The notes under the pieces were generated by a model. That model was not told the origin of the DNA and made no database searches. It was given only the letters and a program-made list of their open reading frames with translations. DNA of 62,572 bases, taken from Octopus bimaculoides (taxonomy: Eukaryota). A program made the position numbers and the translations under genes. The stretch lies in assembly GCF_001194135.2 (NCBI RefSeq), contig NC_068986.1:6668781-6731352 (forward strand), given 5' to 3'. The first letter of the stretch is position 1; every line of letters begins with the position of its first letter. Shown piece by piece: positions 51,480-62,572 of the stretch.

Positions 51480-51900
51480 ATGAGGTGTGGCCCTGTTGAA
51501 TATCTCTCTGTCCACTGATAGATTAGAGATTCTTTTACTTATGCCTGCGACTAGGTTTCTAATTACAGCTAGAGTGGGAGGTGGTTGGAGTTTCTATGAA
51601 TATAAAAAGTTTCCTTATTGGGTTTACTGAAAGAGAGGTACTTGCCTGTCCTCAGGTCTAGGGTTACATCCTGGAAGTTGACTTTTGTCAAATTTGTAAT
51701 CACTGTTATAGTTAGACCAAATTCCTTGAAGATCCTCATCAAATCCTTCCTGAACTTGCCCATGGCATAGGCATTCACATGACTTGAGATTGTCAAACCA
51801 TCATCCCTATACAGAGCCAAATTATGGGTGTGTGCACTTCTTTAGAGTATCAGGTTAAATAACCCAACAAGGTCACAGACCTCATCTTGGCTTGGTTTGA
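51480..51900 (-). mobile_element. Penelope-like RT fragment
   Basis: LYRDDGL; IFKEFGLTITV..NLTKVNFQDVTLDL; YIHRNSNH. Confidence 0.85.
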
Positions 51901-52895
51901 AGGAGATTTAGTTGCTACTTATAAATACTATAATGGAGAAAGCTGTTTTTTAAGTAGTTGAAATTATGTATCTTTTACTTAAAGAATGCAATCATTAAAT
52001 GCTAGACTGTATGAAAATTTTTTATAAATTTCAATTTTAATATTTTATCAAAATGCAGTTTTAAGCTTCTTTTATTATCGAATTTTCAAGTCTAGTTCCA
52101 ATCACTAATCATATTCAATGCTTCAATTTAATGCAGGGGTTTTTAACCTCTACTTCTGCAAATGCAAAAGTTACCCAAATATTTGCAATGCTACTTTCTA
52201 CAAATAAGTTTAATCCAGTGATATAAGAGTGACTCAGGAAGGGGAATAAAACAAGAAGTTGCCGAACGATGTGTAGGAACCTATGGAGAGGAAAAGATAT
52301 AGGTACATAAGGGGCTATTGTAGGTGGGTTTTGATGGTAGATATGATAAAGCATTTAAAATGATAGCAGAGGGAAAAAAAGGGGCTGAAGGCACAGAAAA
52401 GAGGTGATTGGTTGAAATGGTGGGGGTTGGAATGATGAAGAATGGAAGTAGTTTGGGGTGTGGGATGTAATATGTGCAATAAAGTACCTTTGAATCGTCA
52501 GGCAACGTGTTGCACTTGAGAGGACCTATTGAGTCAAGTAAAATCAAAATCAAAATCAAAATGGAAATTGTAGTTGTGGCCAATGCTAGTGCCACCTGAC
52601 TGGCACGCGTGCCAGTGGCATGTAATAAGCACCATTCAAGTGTGGGTCAATGCCTGACTGGCTCCCTGTGCCAGTGGCATGTAAAAAGCGCCATCCAAAC
52701 ATAGTTGATGCCAGTGCCACCTGACTGGCTCCAGTGCTGGTGACATGTAAAAAGCACCTACTAAACTCTTGGAGTGTTGCCGTTAGGAAGGGCATCCAGC
52801 TGTAGAAACCTTGCCCAATCAGACTGGGGCCTGTTGCAGCCTACTGGCTTACCAGTCCTCAGTCAAACCGTCCAACCCATGCCGGACGTTAAACA

Positions 52896-52927
<32 letters not shown>

Positions 52928-53502
52928 ATAGTTGGTGCAGGGATGAAGTGGATATACTGCACTCAGCTTTGATGTGACAAAGGAGGCTACAGAAAGGGCA
53001 AAAATATTCTGCCTAAATCATTGTCAATCTCCAGTAAATAGTGCAAACCATATGTAAAATAACAACAACAATACCATCTTCATTATTGATAACAGAGATA
53101 TATGCACATGTCACACATCAACATATCAGTCACTAGTAAAGTCTTTAATAAAAATTGTATACACAAAGTGCTGGATCTCTGGTTTGTAGCCAGATGTTTC
53201 ACCAGCTGCCTATGAGCTAATGATATAGTTTTATCACTAGAATTAGCAACCAAAACTTCCTTAAACCACACCCTATTGTCTTTAAAAAAACGTGAGGATA
53301 CATTTGGAAATGTAGCCCTAGATACAACTAAGGAAAATTTTAAAAATGAGATAGTTATCATAGCTGAGATTCCTATGATTACAAATGTGCACAATCAGGG
53401 CTGATTTGGGACCAAACAACCAACAACAATAACTAGCTACCAGTATGCCATAAGTCTACTTGATTGAGAATACACAAACACAATAACAAAACTTCAACAG
53501 AC

Positions 53503-53637
53503 CTTCTCTCTAGCAATTTTCTCCCTCTTCTCTGCAATCAATCTTTCAATTGCTCGCTTGTGTTCCTGTACCTTCATGCGTCGTTTTTGTGCGTTCATCT
53601 GCTCCAGTCGGTCATCTTCAGCAAATTTAGCCATCAT
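53503..53637 (-). CDS. MNS1: MNS1 exon (MMAKFAEDDRLEQMNAQKRRMKVQEHKRAIERLIAEKREKIAREK)
   Basis: MxAKFAEDDRIExMNAQKxRMK is the MNS1 signature; AG/GT boundaries. Confidence 0.95.
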
Positions 53638-53950
53638 CTATCAAAAGAGATCAGAAACTTGCACTTATTCCTGGAGGACCAAATTGCAACACTGTTTTTA
53701 TTCTGTTTTGTGACTATTTCTCATCTCTCATATGACAAAGAATTTTGGGAAAGGCATGAACGATACTACTCCATCTCTTGAATCTTAGAGATACTACTGA
53801 TTAGAAAACAATGGTATGATTACTATACAGGTAGATGGTGTAAATAGATATATTTCTATCTTACTTAAGCTTTACATAGTTTGTCATCAAGCTGCACCAC
53901 AAGAATAATATCCCATCTAAAAATGCAGCATATGACACTGTTATTATTTG

Positions 53951-54016
<66 letters not shown>

Positions 54017-54289
54017 TCTTTTATTTCTTCATTATTATTAACGCTTTTGTTCCTCTCTAGAACTTGTCAAATACANNNNNNNNNNNNNNNNNNNNNNNNN
54101 NNNNNNNNNNNNNNNNNNNNNNNNNNNNNNNNNNNNNNNNNNNNNNNNNNNNNNNNNNNNNNNNNNNNNNNNNNNNNNNNNNNNNNNNNNNNNNNNNNNN
54201 NNNNNNNNNNNNNNNNNNNNNNNNNNNNNNNNNNNNNNNNNNNNNNCTCTTAAAAAAAAAAAAAAAACAGATTTTTCATTAGAGAACAT

Positions 54290-56370
54290 TAGTATAACAC
54301 AAAATGTACTGTCTCTGCTTTTCTTTCAAACATTCAACTTTGGACAGAATTTTTTGATGAAATGTAGTTCATTGTTTTTTGGTATTGTGGATCATCCCGT
54401 GCACATTTGTAAAAGGGAAAAATCTTGAATTTTCCGTCGCTGCACATTTCCAGATGCTTACTTAATGGAATCTTGCGTAATTCCTCTTGTCGGATATGTT
54501 GCCTTTGGATTCTTGCACGTTGGCAGAGGGAATTATTTGTTTCGCCAATGTAATTTTCTTTGCAGTTTGGGCAGGTAATGCAGTATATGATGTTTTGCGT
54601 TTTGCATTTCATATCTGCATTTATTTTGAAAAGGGATCCGCTCTTGAATTTTATGTGGGAACCACTTTCCAAGTATTTGAAGTTGTTGATATTATTGCAT
54701 GTTTCACATCTCCTACCTCCACATTCTTTTACTAAGAATTCTGATTTATTCTCTGATTTGAATTCTGCCCTTTCAAGATTTTTTGGTTGGCGTCTGCTAT
54801 TCCGTAAGGAGTTTTTTCAATCAGAGTCTTCCTTTTGGGGCTTTGGAGGAGTATAGGTAAGTTCGATTTCATGGCGTGGAAGATGTTGGTTGTTTCAGGA
54901 CTGTGTGTGTATTAACGAACAGAATTGTGTTTTCATTAACTTTTTCCTTAGGTGTCTGTAGTTGGGTGATGTTCAGTTTCATCGCCTTTTTAATTCCCTC
55001 ATTAATTAATCCTAAGGGATATTTCTGCATTGTGAGGAAGCCTTTGAGTTCGTTGAGTCGGATTTCATGTATTTTGGGGTCAGTCGCTATAGCACAGATG
55101 CATTTGCCATGCTGTATGGAATGTTTCTTTTGATGTGTGAGGGATGGCAAGAGTAGAAATTTAAATATTGCTGTGACAGTATTATTTTTTGTAAAATATG
55201 TCTGTTGTGACGGTGGAGTTCTGTATCTTTATGTCGATATCCAGGAATGGTAGTTCATTGCAACTGGATTCTGTCGTGAATTTGATGGATGGGTGAAGTG
55301 TGTTCAGTATACTGTTAAATATATTTAGATCTTCATTTGATTTGTCCCAGAAGATAAAGCAATAATCAAAGAAGCGTTTCCACTTAATGATATATTTCTT
55401 GTATTCCTGATCAAAAGCTTCCTCATAAAGTTTTTCTTCCAAGTATCCCATAACTAAGTCTGCATATGAGGGCACAAACCACATACCCATAGCCATACCC
55501 CTTATCTGCCAATATGTTTTATTGTCGAATCTAAAGGTATTTTCTTCTTGTACGAGGCATGGGGCCTTGGTGATGAAGTCAGTCTTGAAGCTTTCATTTA
55601 TCCATTCTCTATGTTTCTCTACCCAGTGTTTGGTTGCTGCTAGGCCTAAAGTGTGATGTATATTAGTATAGAGATTGGTGACATCAACACTTGTGAGTGT
55701 AGTACCTTCTGCGACAGTGGGAGGGATGTGTTGGATGAAATCTATGCCATCTCATACATAACTGGGTATTAAAGGGTACAAAAGTTTTAGGAGTATATAT
55801 AAAAAATGACTTAGCTGTTGTGTTGGCGCTTGAGGTCCAGCAACTATTGGTCTTAGTTTGACGTCAGCAGGCCTTAGTATTTTTACATACTGGTTCTTCT
55901 GCTTATTTATGGCTCTTTGTATTTCAGAGCTTTTGTGGATTTTGGGTAATCCGTAGAAATTGCTCTTTTTGATTACAGAGTTGTATATATAATCTTTTTC
56001 CTGGTCTGTGAAGGAATCTTGGAATTCATTGATTAGTCTTTTGATTTTATCCATTATTGTTTTATCCGAGTGTCCTGGGGCTTCCTGGTTTGTTAACATT
56101 TCCAATATTTTATCTTTACTCTCACCCCTCCCTTATTGGCTTCTTTTAGGATGATTGAGTTGTCATTCTTCAGTGTTTGTAAGGCTTCCTTTTCTTCTTC
56201 ACAAAGGTTTTGTTTGCATCTCTTGGTTTTTAGGGGAAATTTTGAAATCGTGTCTATATGCGCATCTAAATATTTGTCCTTTCCCTTGTAGGGGGTGAAG
56301 TGGGATTTATTTCTGACTATTGATTCATCATTTAAATCTTTATTGCTGAAGAATTCTATAAGTCAGAGGT
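54290..56370 (-). mobile_element. Penelope-like element: RT plus GIY-YIG endonuclease, frameshifted
   Basis: FYGLPKIHK; LRPIVAGP; GMAMG...PSYADLVMGYLEE; LPFLDI; NIIYCITCPNCKENYIGET. Confidence 0.92.
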
Positions 56371-56953
56371 GACGGTTGAAGTGTTCCATATCAGATTTCA
56401 GTTCAAAGAGATTAGGGGTGGGTGTAAAATCGAAATCAAACAAAATTTGACGACTCCCATGCCAACCTTTCCTTCATTGGACACTAAACTCTGCTTGCGA
56501 AGACCTGTTGGGGCAAGTAAAATCGAAATCGTAATTGAACCAAATTCAATGACTGGCACCTGTGCCAGTGGAGCTCTGACAGCACCGTCCGAACATGATC
56601 ATTGCCAGAGCAGCTGCCTGGCTTCCGTGCCAGTGGCACGTGAATAGCACCATTTGAGCGTGATCGTTACCAGCGTTGCCTCACTGGCACTTGTACTGGT
56701 GGCACATGAAAAAACATTCAAGCGAGGTCATTGCCAGTGCCGCTGGACTGGCCCTCATGCCGGTGGCACGTAAAAGCACCCACTATACTCTCGGAGTGGT
56801 TGGCGTTAGGAAGCACATCCAGCTGTAGAAACTCTGCCAGATCAGATTGGAACCTGGTGCAGCCATCTGGTTCGCCAGTCCTCAGTCAAATCGTCCAACC
56901 CATAATAGCATGGAAGGCAGGCGTTAAATGATGATGATGATGATATGTGTGTG

Positions 56954-56997
<44 letters not shown>

Positions 56998-57067
56998 TCG
57001 TTTTATTTTACTTACTGATTGATTTTTCAAATTGTTAATTTGCAAATATTATACTAATGTATTTTCA

Positions 57068-57640
57068 TGCAGAACTACACTTTATCAAAAAATTCCCTCC
57101 AAAAATGAATGTTTGGAAGGGGTATATTCTAAATATAACTCAAAGAGAAGAAAAAGAAAGAAAGGAGGAAAAAGGAAAGAAGAAAAATAAGAAAGAGGAA
57201 AAAAAAAGAGAGAAAGAAAGCAAAAAGACTTTCAGCAATGAACAAACAGCACCTGTTTTTTTGTTTTTTTTTAAGAGGTCACCATCCTTAAATTCATTCC
57301 AATACAATGGTAAAGGACTAAGTAAATAAATAAATGAATGAATGGTGAATAAGAAGGTAAATACTCCTTGTCTCTCTCTCTTTCCCTCTACTCATCTGTC
57401 TATCTGACTGACTGCTGTCTGTCTTTCTACCTATATTTCTCTCTATCCATCTCCATTGTCTTGGAACTTCACCCAAAAGAAACAAAAACAATGTTTTCTT
57501 CTAAGCAAAACCCAAAAAAACATCTGCTTTATATAAATGAACAAGCTATTTGTACATTCACAAAATTGTATTTGACAAGTTCTAGAGAGGAACGAAAGTG
57601 CTAATAATAATGAAAAAATAAAAGGATTCGTTTTCCAAAA
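57068..57640 (+). repeat. Inverted, diverged copy of the Penelope 3' end (pseudo-LTR), matching 54010-54365 on the minus strand
   Basis: GAACTACA..ATCAAAAAATTC..TGAATGTTTG, poly-T-AAGAG and TGTATTTGACAAGTTCTAGAGAGGAAC shared in opposite orientation. Confidence 0.8.
57564..57611 (+). ncRNA. Minimal type I hammerhead-like motif with U3-A8 core
   Basis: TTGACAA-GTTC tagagag GAAC-GAAA-GTGC-TA inside a Penelope pseudo-LTR; degenerate twin at 54031-54075 (-). Confidence 0.5.
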
Positions 57641-58208
57641 TTCTGACAACTTTTTTTTCTTAATATATATATATATAGATACATACATACATCTTAATCA
57701 AAGTGTACAGCATTGTATATCTATTATAGCCAATCTTAACAATCAGTTTTGCACTAGGGTTCAAAGGTGTCTTAAATAACAGTCTGATTATGTAACTCTG
57801 CGCTCTTCAGAGATGACAACTATGGAATGATTGTTAAGAGCAGCTGTAATAAATAATACTGTACACTTTGATTAATGTACCCACTTTACTGATAGATATA
57901 CGAGTGCATTTTTCCTGACTGAACAAACAAAAAGATTATGGATAAACAAGTAAAAAAAAAATCTCTTGTCAGTTACTCAATATTCTAGCTTTTTAAAGTA
58001 TGGAGCTGTAAATTATCGTGGTATTTGGTTGGTCCAAGGTAGACTAAGCAACAGCTACAATTCAGTGCCTGTGACAAAGTACTAACTATGAATATTTATC
58101 TTTTCTTAAAGAAGTTTGATGACACCATATAAATTCAACCATCTAAAATTATGCCATTGTAGTGCTGTAGCCTTTACAATAAATCTGAAGAATAAAAAAT
58201 TAATTAAC

Positions 58209-58331
58209 CTGATCTTGGAACATCCTTTCTTCTTCGTCTTCAGTCATCTTTTTCAGAGCTTTCATACTCAACTGTTCTTCATTCATCTTTTGAAGTTCAA
58301 GCCTCTGTCGTAATTTTTTTTCCAAGGCAGC
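58209..58331 (-). CDS. MNS1: MNS1 exon (AALEKKLRQRLELQKMNEEQLSMKALKKMTEDEEERMFQDQ)
   Basis: cttacag|GCT...CAG|gttaat; phase 0. Confidence 0.9.
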
Positions 58332-58639
58332 CTGTAAGAAATGTTGGAGGATTTGATAATCTTGATTTTAGGTATGATACCATTCTACACTGAACTGGCT
58401 GACAAAACCAATAATCTTTACTTTAGAATAACACTGGGCAACAACGGAATATTTTTTGTCTGGTGCCTGGAATATTTCGACAAATTCGTAAGTGATTTTG
58501 TCTGCTATATTCAAAACTAACTTCAGTTTTTCTCTATCAGGTCTAGTTTTCTGACTAGAACTGATTATTTTATCCATACAAGAGACATATAATATGAATT
58601 AATAAAGAGAGTGTAACACAAAAAGTACAGATAAAAATT

Positions 58640-59260
58640 CAAAATTGAAAATGCACATTGGCAAAGATTTTTGGCAGAAAATTCAAGGAATAAATTTATA
58701 CTTCTTTGTGCACCGAGAATGCTGAGCAACAGGAGTATCTCATTTTAAACACGAGCATTGGTCTGCCATCATCACAGCTTCCCAACGTCCTTGGTACTGA
58801 GTTTCCTTGATGTCCTGATGGAATTGTTCGCCTTGTTCATTGCTAACATCTCAGAGATTTTCAGGAAAACAATCAAGATGACTAAAAAGATAATGTACTT
58901 TGATGCTCATATTCATGCCAATATCACGAAAAGTTGATATCAAGTTGGTAACAAGATATTTATAGATTTCACTTTTGTGTTTCCCAAGGAAATTTTGCAC
59001 TACTTCTGCAAAAGCTTGCCAAGCTGATGCTTCATTTTCACTCATCGCTTTCACGAAATTTGTGTCCTTCAAGAGATTATGGATCTTTAGTCCATCAAAA
59101 ATCCCTGCTTTAAGTTTTTCAATAATCAAGTCTGGAAAAACACTGCAGATATACTTGACGCACTCCCCATTTTTGTCAAGAGCTTTGACGAATTGCTTGA
59201 TCAATCCAAGTTTAATGTGCAAAGGGGGTGGAAATAATCTTATCTCGCTCAACTAAAGGT
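58640..59260 (-). mobile_element. DNA transposase C-terminal fragment, probably Chapaev3/CMC-like
   Basis: PPLHIKLGLIKQFVKAL...GIFDG...MSIKVHYLFSHLDCFPENL..VSNEQGEQFHQDI; family assignment from memory of the motif. Confidence 0.7.
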
Positions 59261-60614
59261 TCTCCCAATATATTGGCAGCTCTACACAACTTTTATTGAA
59301 TTTAGATTTGTAAATGTTTTAGAAGTTCAAAGGAGTATCATTAACATGTTGTTCAAGAAATAATAAACCTGTTAAAATATTTATTTTGATATCTTTTAGA
59401 ATAACAAAAGAAAAGGTATGTTTTAGTAATTTTTAATAAGATATTCAGCATGTATTTCTAAGGTAAGTTTGCACAGAAAAAAGAAATCAAACTAGTCTCT
59501 TTCATAATGACAGTGTTGCACAAATAAGAATTGATCTCTGGTCCAACAGCATACAATCTGCAAAATTATTCTTTACAGATAAATCAGAAAACCAAAATTC
59601 CGAGAGTAATGTTCATTGACAACAATTAATGACTGTTGCAACCACCATCAACATCCCCATATGTTTTATATTCTATGTATTATATAGAGTAGGGATAAGC
59701 TTGGAGTCCTACAATTTCCCCAGACTACAATGTTATCCTTGCCATTTAATGTTCTAATGTTCATATTCCATATATTAGCTAGATGTGTGTTGCGCTACTA
59801 TAATCTATCCAGAAATATTTATCTTTTCTTAATTCCCTCCACCTAAAAGTTCACGATTCATTAAGTCATGTATCAAACTCCCTTCACACAGCTTTGGCTT
59901 TTGCCACTTTTCAAAACAAATTTTCAAGCAGCCCAAAGAATGTCTGCGATATTAAAGATCTAGACTACAACAGTGAATGGACAATTAATCTCGGATGAAA
60001 GACCATACACTGACAACAGAAGACGACTGTGGAAGAAAAAGTTTAAAGAGAGATAAAGTGTAAAACTAGGCCTCAGAAAGCTGGACCCCATAAAAGAGGT
60101 GATACAAGATGAGGGTGAGTAGAGACTTACCATAATGCACACTGATATTTCCAGTAATTTTTAGTAACCATTATGCACAAAAATCTTTGTACAAATATTT
60201 TTTGCTATTAGAAAAGTATGAGTACACTGAATGTATAATCATAAGCAATTACATTAGGCAAGTAACCTTTTGCACACTGGTTGCAAAACGTGTGTCAAAG
60301 ATGCATGCACAGCTTGCCAATCCAAGAAAGCATGAGAAAAATAGATGTTAAAATGCTGATGATCATCATCATATGATGATAAGTTCAAATCTAACTAGTC
60401 ATCATGTGATTCTGAGCAAGACACAACTTAACGAACTAAAAGGGTTACTGAGAAAGATAATTGACTATAAAAATCAATTGTCCCAACAAAATGTCATCGC
60501 ATTCATTCTAACAGGGAAAGACAGGAATCTGAAATAACAAGACATTCTCAAATTAGAACCTTAAATGTACTTATATTTTCAGATAAAAGTTAATTGCAAT
60601 AAAATTTTAAATAC

Positions 60615-60722
60615 TTTTTCATTTTGTCTGGCCTTTTCTTCTTGTTCTTCAAAGTGCAACTCCAGACGTATTCTTTCCAATTCTTTCTCAGCTTGTTCAC
60701 GCTCAGTAATTTTCTCAGATAA
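60615..60722 (-). CDS. MNS1: MNS1 exon (LSEKITEREQAEKELERIRLELHFEEQEEKARQNEK)
   Basis: gcaacag|TTA...AAA|gtattt; phase 0. Confidence 0.9.
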
Positions 60723-61643
60723 CTGTTGCAAAAAAATAAAGATAAACATATTTGAAAACGTATCCAATATTTGGTTCATCATTATCATTTAATGTCTGTT
60801 TTCCATGTTTCTTATTGCTACATTTTTATTTGTTTTGTTTTTTTTCTCTCTAGTTACGATGTACAAAAGATATATTCTGGACTACTGATACCGCAAACAT
60901 AAAGCAAATATCTGGGTTACTGATGGGGTTAAAGTGAAAGGCAAGTTGACGAAACAAAAATGTTCACAACATCTTTAAACAACAGACATCACGGATTCAT
61001 GTGGAGATAACCTGCCTCAATGACACAATGCTCACTGTCATTGCTTTTGTTACTGTCATTGCTGTTACAGCTGGTTGTCACCAATATGATTCTATTTGAT
61101 ATGTTGTTGCTGTCTGACAGGCTCTGCTGTTTTGTCTCCTGTCACACCTCCCTCCCCTTCAATGGAGAACATTAGACCAGAGCTACCATTTTCAATGAAG
61201 TTGATACTCTGGCTAATAACCGCTACTGCACCACATTTTAGTTGACTAACTGTCAGAATAGCTATCCTGTTCAACCTTTGGAACAAATTTGTTTGAAGGA
61301 AAGTTTTTATTAGAAGTTATTCTAGCCCCCAAATAACAAATTCCTAAAAGGACAAACAACAATTATTCTGAAACCTACATAACAACAACAATAATAAAAA
61401 TAATTGTTTCTAATTTAAACACAGGGTCAACAGTTTTGAGGGCAGGAGTTTACTCAATACCACCAACCCCAGAGGTATAACAGGTAACATTTACCACCAT
61501 GGGATTAGTAACTGCTATTACTGCAACTAACCACCACCACAACTCTAGTCATGAAAAATAAATCAGCAAGATACAATTCCCAGTGTTACAGGTTTTGCTC
61601 ACAAAATAAAAATAAAATTTGAAGGATTAAAAGTTGACCTCAC

Positions 61644-61860
61644 AGCTTGATAAATTTTAGCCTGGACAGCATCTCTTTCTGCCTTCTCCTGTAAATACCT
61701 ATTCTCTCGGTCATCCACAACACGACTGAATTCCATGATCCTTTGGTTTTCTGCTTCCATTTTTTGCTTTTCTTCAGCTTTCCAAACTTCTCGGTTATGG
61801 AGATACTCTTCAATATAGGCTTGTGTTACCCTTTTCTTTTCTAATTGACATTCACGTTCC
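61644..61860 (-). CDS. MNS1: MNS1 exon (ERECQLEKKRVTQAYIEEYLHNREVWKAEEKQKMEAENQRIMEF...)
   Basis: ttacag|G...GCT|gtgagg; coiled coil (trichohyalin-plectin-homology type), in frame with downstream exons; upstream exons lie outside the window. Confidence 0.88.
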
Positions 61861-61954
61861 CTGTAACAAAGTCACAAAAGCCCAGATGAGTAGTCTCAAA
61901 TTTTTGTCACCTTCAGCTCAGTTTGCTCATGTATGTGCATGCATGTATTCTTTT

Positions 61955-62330
61955 CTTTTACTTGTCTCAGTCATTTGACTGTGGTCATGCTGGAGCACCA
62001 CCTTTAGTCAAACAAATCAACCCCAGGACTTACTCTTTGCAAGCCTAGTACTTATTCTATCAGTCTCTTTTGCCAAACCACTAAGTTATGGGGACACAAA
62101 CACACCAACATCGGTTGTCAAGCGATGGAGGGATAAACACAGACACAAATATATACATATATATATACGACGGGTTTCTTTCAGTTTCTATCTACCAAAT
62201 CCACTCACAAGGCTTTGGTTGGCCCTAGGCTATAGCAGAAGACACTTGCCCAAAATGCTAAACAGTGGGACTGAACCCGGAATCATGTGGTTGGGAAGCA
62301 AGCTTCTTACCATACAGCCACTCCTGCACC
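61955..62330 (-). mobile_element. tRNA-derived SINE, third family, full length
   Basis: Colinear with 11115-11482; partial copies at about 21820-22290, 23730-23910 and 40290-40450. Confidence 0.85.
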
Positions 62331-62346
62331 TATATGTATGTATGTA

Positions 62347-62572
62347 TATCATCATCATCGTTTAACGTCCGCTTTCCATGCTAGCATGGGTTGGACGATT
62401 TGACTGAGGACTGGTGAAACCGGATGGCAACACCAGGCTCCAATCTAAATTTGGCAGAGTTTCTACAGCTGGATGCCCTTCCTAACGCCAACCACTCAGA
62501 GAGTGTAGTAGGTGCTTTTACGTGTCACCTGCACGAAGGCCAGTCAGGCGATACTGGCAACGGCCACGCTCA
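62347..62572 (-). mobile_element. Young RTE 3'-end copy in an MNS1 intron
   Basis: Same module with a few differences; further older copies at about 2128, 5360, 10820, 19840, 20270, 35880, 36870, 40460, 41886, 42430, 50200, 52590 and 56410. Confidence 0.85.

Overview
AT-rich, repeat-dense eukaryotic genomic DNA with several N gaps. The SINE and RTE repeat landscape suggests a coleoid cephalopod, probably Octopus (inference). Four spliced protein-coding genes can be rebuilt exon by exon with consistent splice phases. SGF29/CCDC101 (+) has 5 internal exons at 3247-7891, with its ends not visible. SREK1IP1 (-) has 4 exons at 25248-16872, about 268 aa. VPS72/YL1 (+) has 6 coding exons at 30253-40112, 383 aa, with one GC-AG intron. 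MNS1 (-) shows its last 6 exons at 61860-46044 and continues beyond the window. Introns and intergenic space hold RTE LINE fragments and very young RTE 3'-end copies, several tRNA-derived SINEs, Penelope-like elements, a 5'-truncated HERO/R2-group LINE, Tc1/mariner and Chapaev-like transposase relics, and fold-back MITEs. Most notable: four hammerhead-ribozyme-like motifs from three families (including a U3-A8 covariant core in inverted Penelope terminal repeats), a strong cryptic splice acceptor exactly at the HERO 5' junction in MNS1, a frameshifted coding-like tail behind the SREK1IP1 stop, a fold-back telomere-like motif in the SREK1IP1 promoter, and several long hairpins that could be ADAR substrates. 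All calls were made by eye; no database search was run.
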